Shown in pieces: positions 29,366 through 38,341 of a stretch of DNA of 64,000 nucleotides. Position 1 is the stretch's first letter; each line of letters starts with the position of its first letter. Origin of the DNA: Sulfolobales archaeon (GTDB lineage: Archaea > Thermoproteota > Thermoprotei_A > Sulfolobales > NBVN01); assembly GCA_038841535.1 (NCBI GenBank), contig JAWBTQ010000004.1, positions 32,001 to 96,000 on the forward strand. Direction: 5' to 3'. The notes under the pieces were generated by a model. It saw only the letters and a program-made list of their open reading frames with translations, did not search any database and had not been told where the DNA came from. A program made the translations under genes and the position numbers.

Positions 29366-30436
29366 ATGATTAGCACTAAGTTGATTAAAGCTAGGCTGTC
29401 GTCCCTATCATGGCTTCTAATACTTCTAGCACTGATAACTAGCTCTCTCATTGCTTCAGCTAGTTCGAGTCTTGATAGGCACAGTCCTGATTTTCAGTAC
29501 CGCTTAACTAGCTATGGTGATGTCTGGACTCAAAACGAGGTCTTGGCTCTTACAGAGGTTTTAAATAGCTTAAAGCAGTATGGGGTAGCGCATGTCTCTA
29601 CTGCTGTCCGAGACTCTGGGGAAGTTTTAAACAAGTTGATCAGCAAGTTGCAACTCGTTGACGAGAGGATTTCACTAGCTCTAAGAAGCTTGCTAGGTTT
29701 ATCTAAAGACCTACCCGAGGACCTATCTTCGAGAATAAGTAATGTCTCTATTAGTAGTAAAAACGCAAGTCGATTGATTAAGGTAATAAACCACCTTTAT
29801 TCTAATGGAGAGCTAAGCGGTGTTGACTATTTAGTGCTTATAGGACATGTAGCTAACGAGCTCAAAGAAGGTTACGTTGAAGATTCTGAAACTATTACCA
29901 ACTTGCGGAGGGCTATTGATGAGATTTCCTCTATTATCACGAAGTCAACAATCCCACCGCTACCGGAGCCGGATATATCTTCTAGGTATAATGGGGCGGT
30001 ACTCTTAATTAAACCCATCGAAGTCCCCAAACCTGTCTTGATAGCAATTTTACTTGTCGTGCTCGTCCCTCCCGCTACACACGCTTCTCTCAGCTTCCGC
30101 ACGCGTACTTACTACTCTAAGCTTTTACGTAAAGCCCAGCTAACTTCAGACTTAATCGTTTCAAGTCTCAGTTTCCCTGAGGATACCGTTTCCGCTTACT
30201 GGGTAGCAGTAGGCATACTATCTAAAGTAATAACGGTCAATCCATGGGAAACTCATAGAGAGTTTTTAGCTAGATTAGGAAAAGAACTTAAGAATCAGCA
30301 AGTACTGTCCGTCTTTAAAACCCTTACAGAGGAATATGAGAAAGTCCGATTTGCCGGTGAAGTGGGTTCCCTAAGCCGGAAACAGTTGGTCGATATTGTG
30401 GTGTATATAGCAAACGAAGTTCGATATATAGATTGA
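29366..30436 (+). CDS. Membrane protein with C-terminal DUF4129-like domain
   Basis: Signal peptide, TM helix, PWETHREF...LTEEYEKVRFA. Confidence 0.7.
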   Translation: MISTKLIKARLSSLSWLLILLALITSSLIASASSSLDRHSPDFQYRLTSYGDVWTQNEVLALTEVLNSLKQYGVAHVSTAVRDSGEVLNKLISKLQLVDERISLALRSLLGLSKDLPEDLSSRISNVSISSKNASRLIKVINHLYSNGELSGVDYLVLIGHVANELKEGYVEDSETITNLRRAIDEISSIITKSTIPPLPEPDISSRYNGAVLLIKPIEVPKPVLIAILLVVLVPPATHASLSFRTRTYYSKLLRKAQLTSDLIVSSLSFPEDTVSAYWVAVGILSKVITVNPWETHREFLARLGKELKNQQVLSVFKTLTEEYEKVRFAGEVGSLSRKQLVDIVVYIANEVRYID

Positions 30437-30520
30437 AGTCCAAAGATTTAAAGAAATTAAACATATTCAAAGATTGGTGTATTTATTCAATACAACTTTT
30501 TCCATATCGTAGGTGATACC

Positions 30521-30759
30521 ATGGCTCCTCTGAAGGCTCAAGAGTAGCGTTCGAGCTAGCGCTGAGGCCCGGTGGGAGACCACTCATGATGTTAGCTGCT
30601 ACACTTCTCGGAATAATTGCTGGACTGGTTATCGGTGAGCCGATCACCTCCACTAAGTTCCTAGGAGATATATTTCTCTACCTACTTCAATTTGTAGTCG
30701 GCCCATTAGTCTTTGTCTCAATAGCGTGGCTATTCAATAAAGGGAAGAGTGTTGCGTAG
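30521..30759 (+). pseudogene. Truncated dicarboxylate/amino acid:cation symporter (GltP/DAACS) fragment
   Basis: SD GGTGA + ATG at 30521 stops after 8 codons; 30586-30759 reads MMLAATLLGIIAGLVIGEPITSTKFLGDIFLYLLQFVVGPLVFVSI..., like TM1-2 of DAACS proteins, then stops at the IS remnant. Confidence 0.65.
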
Positions 30760-30913
30760 GTGAGTTGTGGCTCTCCATGTGAGTGAACCGAGTTGTGGAG
30801 GTCTCAAGGTGGCCCTAAACGTTCCCGAGTTCGATGAATTTCCGGTCGGAAGGTGGGGGGAGAGATGAGTCGATGAAATCAACCCATATAGACCAATGCG
30901 AAGCTGAACCTCC
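30755..30913 (+). mobile_element. IS200/IS605 (tnpB)-derived element, copy B
   Basis: Homologous to copies A and C; one frame reads RDESMKSTHI, resembling a TnpB tail; ends AAGCTGAACCTCC. Confidence 0.6.
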
Positions 30914-31039
30914 CTCAGGAGCTTCGCTTATCTACGTGCAATTGTTGCGTCTATATCACTTAGCGTATTCACATGAAGCACTCGGGTCAATAAACGTAAA
31001 GTTAGGTAGTGGTATCTGGGGCTAGATGGGGATATCAAG

Positions 31040-32314
31040 CTAAGGCTGTGTGTTGGATAAGTGCAGTAGGTGTACTGAGCATGATATGCACGGGTCATAG
31101 CTTCTAACGATCCTCTTAGCGATGTCGATGGCTCTAGTATCAGCACTTGCACCAAAGAGCTTGCTCATTATCACATTTTCCATCGAAGCCAGATTTTGAG
31201 CTGTTGGAGTCACTATGTTGCTATTTCGAACTCTCAGTTCTCTATCTAAGTTATACCTATGGTATAGGATCCCCCTAGGTGCTTCTGTAGCCGCTACGCA
31301 AGCACCTCTTGGTGCCGTCCTAGGTTCGGTTCTAGTAACCGACCTCTCTCGATATTCGTCGAAAAACTCCTTGAGTTCTAAGAGAGTATGGTATGTTTCA
31401 GCTATTCGAGCTACTACACTCTGGTAGATGTTCTTGAGGCTCTCTCCGTAGCCATATTCGCTAATTAGCTCTTTAGCTTCCTCCCTTAAGTACTTGTAGT
31501 AGAGATTGTACCTTGCCAGAGGTCCAACAGCGTAGGGCTCTCCAGTTATCAATCTATACCTAAGCGCATTAGAGTACCCTACCTGCTCAGTGAGTACGAA
31601 GTTCTCAAAAGCTTCTACTTTAGCAGAAGAGCCGTCATCAGCAACTACACCACTCCCAACCCACGGGTACCGGGTTCCGTTTTCTACAGCCATATACCTT
31701 AGCCTATGGACTTCAACCGGTATGCTGCCGAGGTCTAGCACGAACTTAGCTATGTCTATAAAGTCTCTTATTACTTTAGGTAGGTCATGCTTAAGTTTTT
31801 CGACTTTACTAGCACTCGGGAAACTATATACCCCACCAACACGTATGTTAAGCACGTTATGAAATCTTCCTCCTAGGGTTTCCATAACCTTTCTAGACCA
31901 GAGAACTATTTCTGTACTCTTGCTAAAGATATGTGAATAGCTTTCCGAAAGCTCTTTCAGAGAGCCGATCTCGAGAAAGTCCGGTAAGTGGAGAAGAGCT
32001 ACGTGAATAACGTGGCTCTTAACTCTTTCTGCTGCTAATACTGCTAGCCTCAGCCTTTCTTCATCTTCCGGCACCTCTATAGATAGGCAGTTCTCGAAGG
32101 CTTTAGAAGCGGTGAGAGCGTACGAAACACCGCACAGTCCGCATATTCTACTAGTTAGGTCCGGGACCTCAAAGCACCTCCTTCCCCTAACTATGTACTC
32201 GAAGAATCTCGGTGCTTCAGTTATCTTAATTTCGACGCTAGTTACTCTACCGTCAGAAGACTTAAGCACTACCTGACCTTCTCCTTCAACTCGAGTTAGA
32301 AGTCCGGACAGCAT
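31040..32314 (-). CDS. Group 3b [NiFe] hydrogenase (sulfhydrogenase) alpha, large subunit
   Basis: TRVEGEG, SRICGLC (L1), EAPRG, DPCISCSVH (L2) plus a C-terminal extension. Confidence 0.93.
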   Translation of the reverse strand: MLSGLLTRVEGEGQVVLKSSDGRVTSVEIKITEAPRFFEYIVRGRRCFEVPDLTSRICGLCGVSYALTASKAFENCLSIEVPEDEERLRLAVLAAERVKSHVIHVALLHLPDFLEIGSLKELSESYSHIFSKSTEIVLWSRKVMETLGGRFHNVLNIRVGGVYSFPSASKVEKLKHDLPKVIRDFIDIAKFVLDLGSIPVEVHRLRYMAVENGTRYPWVGSGVVADDGSSAKVEAFENFVLTEQVGYSNALRYRLITGEPYAVGPLARYNLYYKYLREEAKELISEYGYGESLKNIYQSVVARIAETYHTLLELKEFFDEYRERSVTRTEPRTAPRGACVAATEAPRGILYHRYNLDRELRVRNSNIVTPTAQNLASMENVIMSKLFGASADTRAIDIAKRIVRSYDPCISCSVHLLHLSNTQP

Positions 32315-32321
32315 TGTTGGC

Positions 32322-33092
32322 TCACCTACTAGAAGAAGACTTAGTGAGAGACGAGTAGCTAAACGCTTTAAGCATGGCCATAAAGTCTTCTCTACTCATC
32401 CCAAGTCTCTCCACCACCTTCGAGAACTCCTCTAGCTTCTCTCTATCTACTATAAGTGCGTTAAGACCGTAGCACCCATAGCAACCACGCCTAAAGCTTG
32501 GGCAGAGCGCTCCACAGCCGGATAGAGTTATTGGACCGAGGCACGGTTTTCCATCAAATACTGTTACACATAGTATCCCCTTTCTCTTGCACTCCGAGCA
32601 TAAGCTCTCAACTATCGGGGACTCGCTTCCCCCCATCACTAGCTTAACTAGAAACCTAGCTAAAGCCTCTCCGTTAGCCGGACAGCCAGAGAATCTGTAA
32701 TCTACGTTTACTACGCTATCTACGCTCTTAACTTCTGGTAGCACCTTGATATGGTCGGGGTTTGGGTAGGAGGCTAAAACAACAGTTCTAAGATCCTCTC
32801 CTGCTCTCAGAGACTGTACTCCACCGAAGACAGCGCAGGTACCTAGAGCTATTAGTACTCTAGATTTCTCTCTAACCTGCTTAACTAGCTCTTCCTGCTC
32901 GCTGTTCGCTATAGAACCCTCAACTATGGCTACATCTACATCTTCAATAGCGTTTGAGTCCTGTAGTTCAGTAAAGTAGGATATGTTGAGGTACCTCAGT
33001 AGCTCAGCGCGTGCTACTAGTGAGTAAAGCACCTCGTTTAAGCATCCAGAGCACGAGGTCAGCTTCAAAACTGAGACACTAAGTTTCCTCAT
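32322..33092 (-). CDS. Sulfhydrogenase delta, small Fe-S subunit
   Basis: TSCSGC, EGS, GTCAVFGGVQ, GCP, CSEC, PCLGP, GCYGCYG. Confidence 0.92.
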   Translation of the reverse strand: MRKLSVSVLKLTSCSGCLNEVLYSLVARAELLRYLNISYFTELQDSNAIEDVDVAIVEGSIANSEQEELVKQVREKSRVLIALGTCAVFGGVQSLRAGEDLRTVVLASYPNPDHIKVLPEVKSVDSVVNVDYRFSGCPANGEALARFLVKLVMGGSESPIVESLCSECKRKGILCVTVFDGKPCLGPITLSGCGALCPSFRRGCYGCYGLNALIVDREKLEEFSKVVERLGMSREDFMAMLKAFSYSSLTKSSSSR

Positions 33093-33916
33093 AGTCCTCT
33101 CACCGTCACATACTGTTTTACGTCTTGGTAACTAAACACCGGTCCATCTTTGCATATAAAGTAATGACCCAGTTGACACGTGCCGCAGATCCCTATACCG
33201 CATCTACACCTCCTCTCCAGTGATAGGAACACCCTATCCTCTTTTACGCCCTTCTTTACGAGCTTGTCTGCAGCTACCTTCATCATTACCTCTGGACCAC
33301 AAACGAACGCAACTGTGTTCTGCAGGTTAAATTTAACTCTGTCTATAAGGTCTGTTACAAAGCCTACATGACCCTTCCAACCGGAATGCGGTATGTCTAT
33401 AGAGAACAGAATTGTGGAGTTCGGTATTTTACTGTACTCCTCGTATTCGTACTTAAATAGCATATCTACAGGTCTTCTAGCTCCATAAAGGAGTATGAAG
33501 TGCCCGTAGAGACTCCTATTCTCGGCTACGTGCTTTATTAGCGCTCTCAGTGGAGCTAACCCTATTCCACCGCCTATAACAAGGACGTCATGGCCCTCAA
33601 ATTCGCGGATAGGCCAACCCCTACCGTAGGGCCCGCGAATCCCCAGGTAGCTACCCACACCAACGTTAGTGTAGATGTAATTAGTTACTGCTCCTACAGC
33701 TCTAACGGTGTGCTCCACTAAGCTCCTATCTCCTGCTGCATAGTTTGATATAGAAATGACTACTTCACCCATACCCTTTACATAGAGAACATCAAACTGA
33801 CCTGGTAGTGGTGTCGGAAAGCCGTCGACCACTATATGGTATGTTCTAACTAGTGGGGCCTCATCTACTACTTTAGTTACCCTCCCTTTCATCGGAATGA
33901 GTTTATCTACCGGCAT
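33089..33916 (-). CDS. Sulfhydrogenase gamma, FAD/NAD(P)-binding subunit
   Basis: RGPYG, GGGIGLAPL, CGP, CGIGICGTC..ICKDGPVF. Confidence 0.92.
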   Translation of the reverse strand: MPVDKLIPMKGRVTKVVDEAPLVRTYHIVVDGFPTPLPGQFDVLYVKGMGEVVISISNYAAGDRSLVEHTVRAVGAVTNYIYTNVGVGSYLGIRGPYGRGWPIREFEGHDVLVIGGGIGLAPLRALIKHVAENRSLYGHFILLYGARRPVDMLFKYEYEEYSKIPNSTILFSIDIPHSGWKGHVGFVTDLIDRVKFNLQNTVAFVCGPEVMMKVAADKLVKKGVKEDRVFLSLERRCRCGIGICGTCQLGHYFICKDGPVFSYQDVKQYVTVRGL

Positions 33917-34991
33917 ATCCTACAGCCCTCGAGACAACCTCCTTTAAGTCTATGCCCATAGGACACCAGGTAATACACCTTCCACACCCAACACAACCTG
34001 GAAGGCCAACTTGTTTTTGATAAAAGAGAAACTTGTGTAGCACGAAGTGTCTGTACCTCATAAAAAGCTCTGGTCTGAAGTGCTGACCAGCAACTTGACC
34101 ATACGTAAACGAAAGACAGCCGAACCAGTGTCTATCACGCCAGGCTTTGCCTGATAGATCAGCATAGTCGTTAAACTCCGTGCAGAAGCATGTTGGACAT
34201 ACCATGTTGCAGTTAGTGCAGCCAACGCACCTCGCTGAAGCCTCTCTCCAGAATCCCTCTGCGGCAGCTACATCTTCAAGAGCTCTGACTACGACATTAA
34301 ATGGTGGAATTCGAGAAGCCTCTTTCCTAGCTTCATTTAAAGCTTCATCATACATTCTTAACGTCTCTTCTGAAGCAGGAGTGATACCTACTCTCTCAAC
34401 TAGCTTAAGCCCTTTCTCGGAGCCTACCTTAAACAGCACTTGATCACCTAACCTAGCGTACGCTATATCGTACCCCTTCGATACGGCAGGTCCTGTCCCG
34501 ATCGAGCCACAGAAACACGTACCTCCAGGTTCAACACACTCTTCTACCACTATATACTCTATGCGTGCCCTTCTAGCCTGGTATACGTCATCGCGTTCTA
34601 GAACTTTATCAAGCACTTCGATAGCGGCAAGATCGCAAGGTTTTATTCCAAAAAGTACTGATGGAGGGAAGTCGTCCTTAGTTCGCACTATCTCGAAGTC
34701 ATCGGAGATCTCGTAAACAACCTGAGTTGGGTAGTGCAGGAGATGCTTAGGGGAGTACTGAGTGTGCCTAAAGACTCCCTTTACTTCTTTAGCAAGCCTG
34801 TAACTCCCGGGGCTCTGTATGTCTGTGTAGTCGATTAGTAGGTCGCTTAGTCTGCTCACTTCTCCAATCACAGGTAAGTCTCCTTCAAGTTTGTAAGATA
34901 ACACTCTCAGTCCTAGCTCCTTTAGAGCAAGTATGAGGTTCTCTAATAAGAGTACACTGCCCTCGAAGTATTCTCCAAGCATTCTTGACAT
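33903..34991 (-). CDS. Sulfhydrogenase beta, 4Fe-4S subunit
   Basis: KPCD, CFC, CVGCTNCNMVCPTCFC, GCVGCGRCITWCP. Confidence 0.92.
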   Translation of the reverse strand: MSRMLGEYFEGSVLLLENLILALKELGLRVLSYKLEGDLPVIGEVSRLSDLLIDYTDIQSPGSYRLAKEVKGVFRHTQYSPKHLLHYPTQVVYEISDDFEIVRTKDDFPPSVLFGIKPCDLAAIEVLDKVLERDDVYQARRARIEYIVVEECVEPGGTCFCGSIGTGPAVSKGYDIAYARLGDQVLFKVGSEKGLKLVERVGITPASEETLRMYDEALNEARKEASRIPPFNVVVRALEDVAAAEGFWREASARCVGCTNCNMVCPTCFCTEFNDYADLSGKAWRDRHWFGCLSFTYGQVAGQHFRPELFMRYRHFVLHKFLFYQKQVGLPGCVGCGRCITWCPMGIDLKEVVSRAVGYAGR

Positions 34992-35104
34992 CTATACCCT
35001 GTTCTTAGTACTTCAATAAATATGTAAGTTAATTAAACTTAATTAAATATAAGTATAACGGCTTCGAATTGAAGTATAAGCTATTTCATCGTGAATTTCG
35101 GCAC

Positions 35105-36403
35105 TTAGCAGACTTTAAACATCCTCCTAATGTCGCTTAACTTAGTTACTCTCTCTTGGAATATCGCGCTAAATCTCTTTTTGTTACTTAATGGCTGTCC
35201 TCCACCCATTAAGCAGCCACCAGGACATACTTCAAACACTGGTAGACTCTTTTCATTTCGAAAGCTCGTGAGGTTGGCAGGAGGGTATACCTTAGTAACC
35301 TCTCTCTGCCTAAGGACTACGTAATCGGGGTATTCATCAGTTAGCGTATCGTAGTTAAGTTTCTTGAGAGCTATCTGCGCTTCCCGCGCAGTCAGCACTC
35401 TTGGGAGTACTCTTTTCCAAGATAGGCACTGAGTGATATAGACTACTCCAGGTGGTATGTTTAGCTTGGGCTCGATAGCTTTAACTCCAGGTGCTAAAGT
35501 TTGAAGTATCTTTTTCTCGGCTAGCGACCTAGCTACTATCACTTCCTCAGTTCTTAAATCGACTTCAGCAAGTGGGTCGTATACCGTGACCCTTTCGAAT
35601 CCGATAGCCTTGAGTCCGCAAATGACCTTAAGCGGGTCTAGTCCCTCAGCTTCCGATAAAGAAGCTATGACCTCGGGCTCTACGTACGCCTCAGATACGT
35701 GTCCTCTTCTAATTTCAGCGAGTACTTTATCTACATCTAAGCTGTACGTAATGGATCCAGCAGGACAGTATGCAGCACAGAGTCCGCAGTAAACGCAGCC
35801 GGACTTTCTGAAGGGTTCTCCATAAGGTGTTGAGACTAAAGTCTCTATACCTCGGTTAACGTAGTTAAGTACCTTAGCCCCGATCTTCGAGCATATTTCA
35901 ACGCACCGTCCGCACACAAAGCACTTAAGCTGGTCGAACTTCATTAACTCGTCCTCTATCACTTGACCTCCTCGCTCGATATAACTAAATCTTTTCTCAC
36001 TAACTATCCACTTAAGCCCTGCCGCTATCTTCTTAATTAATTCAATAACTTCTGATGGCTGAGCCGGACAGCCTCTTACGTAGCAATCTACCTTAACATG
36101 GCTACTCACAGGTTTTGACAGACCTAGAGCTCCTTGTACGCCTCCTAGACATGCGCAACTACCTAGGGCTACCAAGACCTTTGCTTTGCTTCTAACTCTG
36201 TGGAGTAGCTCGAGGTCTCTCCCGCTCAGTACCGACCCCTCGACTAAGGCTACATCAACGTCATCGACTTCTTTACCTATTCCAGCTAGCGGCCAGTAAG
36301 TTAGTGAGATGTCGTCTCTCTCTAAAAGGTCGGCAAACTCTTTGCTCACCAAGTTGTACTGACAGCCATCGCAGCCAGATAGGGCCACGATCGCAACCTT
36401 CAT
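35105..36403 (-). CDS. Fusion: [NiFe] small-subunit N-domain + 2x[4Fe-4S] + degenerate [FeFe]-hydrogenase-like domain
   Basis: SGCDGC/EGS/GSCACLGG/GCP, then CFVCGRCVEIC and CVYCGLCAAYCP, then EVCPGGCLMGGGQP. Confidence 0.85.
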   Translation of the reverse strand: MKVAIVALSGCDGCQYNLVSKEFADLLERDDISLTYWPLAGIGKEVDDVDVALVEGSVLSGRDLELLHRVRSKAKVLVALGSCACLGGVQGALGLSKPVSSHVKVDCYVRGCPAQPSEVIELIKKIAAGLKWIVSEKRFSYIERGGQVIEDELMKFDQLKCFVCGRCVEICSKIGAKVLNYVNRGIETLVSTPYGEPFRKSGCVYCGLCAAYCPAGSITYSLDVDKVLAEIRRGHVSEAYVEPEVIASLSEAEGLDPLKVICGLKAIGFERVTVYDPLAEVDLRTEEVIVARSLAEKKILQTLAPGVKAIEPKLNIPPGVVYITQCLSWKRVLPRVLTAREAQIALKKLNYDTLTDEYPDYVVLRQREVTKVYPPANLTSFRNEKSLPVFEVCPGGCLMGGGQPLSNKKRFSAIFQERVTKLSDIRRMFKVC

Positions 36404-36410
36404 TAATCTA

Positions 36411-37682
36411 TCACCTCACTTTAACGACGTGAACGGCACACGGGATACACGGGTCGTAAGCTCTAACGAGCGCCTCTATGTACTTCTGTATAGTTGAATC
36501 ACTAGCGCCTTCAGCGAGAAGTTCTTTGGCTATAGAGGTTGCGGACAGCTCTACGTGCTCTGTATTCATGACTGTCGGAGTAGCTATATCAGCCCTAACG
36601 ACTTTTAGGTCTTTATCTACCTCGTAGTAGTGTATCAGTAACCCTCTCGGAGCTTCCACAACACCTAGACCAGCTGACGCACATCTCGTAGTAGCCGGCT
36701 GTAGCTCTAGGTCTCTAGATGAAAGCTCACTGACGTCTTGAACTATGGAGTCGAACATCAGCTTCGATTCTATTGCTTTAGCGTAGATGTTGGAGTAGGG
36801 GTTTTCTTTAAGCTTTTTCTCAAAGCTAGCCACAACACCTCTAGTCTCACCGTCGAGTTCGTTGTACTCTAGTGCACTTAAGAGTCTAGCTCTAGCTCCA
36901 ACGTAAAACGGGTAGCCTAAGAATAAGCACTTTTTGCTACTAGAGTACTCAACGTGTAGTTCGTTAAAGAGCTCTCTATAGTTCTCTAAGGTAGTAGCGA
37001 ACCTTCCAGTAGGTGTATTTAAGCTGTAGGGCTGGCCTCTTGGGACAGTGGACCTAGTAGACCCCGATAGAGCAACGTACCTAGGTGATGGGTCTCTAGA
37101 GTTCGGAAGCTCGATGTCTAGCACTCTCTCTGTGAAGCCCTCGAGGTGGGGCCGCACGGATTTTAGTAGCTCAAGTGCTGACATGAATACTCTACGGCTG
37201 ACGTCGGATAGGAACCTCCCCATAGAGTAGTTATTGGGTGACGTAAGTCTGCCGCATACGAGCTTAATGACCTTGTTTAAGTAGGTGTTGATCTCTAGAG
37301 ACTTCTTCGCGAGCTGCTCAGAAGCTTCCCTACTTAAGTAGTCCGGTAGCGCTAGAACCCCTAAGTGAATTACGTGGTTCTGAATAAAGCTCAGCTTATT
37401 GCATACGTCCCTCAATCTGACAGTGTCTTCAGAGGCTTCTACCCCTGCGATTTGCTCAACAGCTAAAGACGCTGCCCAGAAATGGGGGTGGCTACACACT
37501 CCGCAGATCCTTGAAGCTATAGCTGGTACTTCACTAACTTTCCGCCCGATGACTAAGTTTTCGAATCCTCTCAGGCTTGCTACTGAGCTATACGTGACTC
37601 TCGCAGAGCCGTCGTATATCAACACCTCTACCTTGGACTCACCGGCCACTCTAGGTATTTCCCAGCTTAGTGACTTACTCAT
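36411..37682 (-). CDS. Group 3 [NiFe] hydrogenase large subunit
   Basis: PRVAGE, SRICGVC, EAPRG, DPCIPCAVH plus a VVKVR extension. Confidence 0.92.
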   Translation of the reverse strand: MSKSLSWEIPRVAGESKVEVLIYDGSARVTYSSVASLRGFENLVIGRKVSEVPAIASRICGVCSHPHFWAASLAVEQIAGVEASEDTVRLRDVCNKLSFIQNHVIHLGVLALPDYLSREASEQLAKKSLEINTYLNKVIKLVCGRLTSPNNYSMGRFLSDVSRRVFMSALELLKSVRPHLEGFTERVLDIELPNSRDPSPRYVALSGSTRSTVPRGQPYSLNTPTGRFATTLENYRELFNELHVEYSSSKKCLFLGYPFYVGARARLLSALEYNELDGETRGVVASFEKKLKENPYSNIYAKAIESKLMFDSIVQDVSELSSRDLELQPATTRCASAGLGVVEAPRGLLIHYYEVDKDLKVVRADIATPTVMNTEHVELSATSIAKELLAEGASDSTIQKYIEALVRAYDPCIPCAVHVVKVR

Positions 37683-38338
37683 GGTTTACCACCCTTCGTG
37701 ACTACCTCCCTTAGTCTCTCGGGTAGATTGCTCCAGAAAAACTTCATAGTAGCCTCGATCTCCTTTACGTCTATTCTATACCTCCTGTATAGCTCCACTG
37801 TAGCGTCTTCCCAAATCCTTGAGTCACTTAAGTACCCCCGACACCCCACACACGGAGCTCCGTAGCGAGGGCATTCAGCAGAACAGCCGGCGACAGTCAG
37901 AGGTCCTAAGCACGGCTCACCCTTTGTGATGAGGCATTCATCCCCTATGAGTGGGCACTCAGAGCACACCGGTAACCCTTCGATACCTAGCTGCTTCGAT
38001 ACTTCGAGTAGGGTACAGTTCGACTTCCTTATGCAGCTCCAGCACTTGACTCTATGTGTCGATAGCAGTAGCTCTAGGTTGGTCCTTCTATACCTAGTGA
38101 GCTCATCACCTTCCGTCACTATTTTAGCTTCCTCAGATACCGGGAACCTACATGAGGGAACGACTCTCCCGTTAACTAGGACTACGCATATTCTACAAGT
38201 AGCTTCCTCGAAGAGTCCCTCGAGATAGCAGAGTACGGGGACTCTAAACCCAGCCTTCTCAACAGCATCTATTACGAAAGCGTTTCGTGGTACCTCTACC
38301 CGTACGCCATTTACGTAAACTCTAACCGCGTCCACCAT
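37679..38338 (-). CDS. Fusion: NuoG/HydA N-terminal Fe-S domains + [NiFe] small-subunit C-domain
   Basis: PVLC...TCRICVV...PSC, H..KCWSC....C, then VCSEC...PCLGP..AGC.AECP..GAPCVGCRG. Confidence 0.85.
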   Translation of the reverse strand: MVDAVRVYVNGVRVEVPRNAFVIDAVEKAGFRVPVLCYLEGLFEEATCRICVVLVNGRVVPSCRFPVSEEAKIVTEGDELTRYRRTNLELLLSTHRVKCWSCIRKSNCTLLEVSKQLGIEGLPVCSECPLIGDECLITKGEPCLGPLTVAGCSAECPRYGAPCVGCRGYLSDSRIWEDATVELYRRYRIDVKEIEATMKFFWSNLPERLREVVTKGGKP

Positions 38339-38341
38339 CTC

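Noticed and set aside
30834-31025. 63-aa ORF from the track
   Set aside because: Residual reading frame of element B rather than an independent gene.
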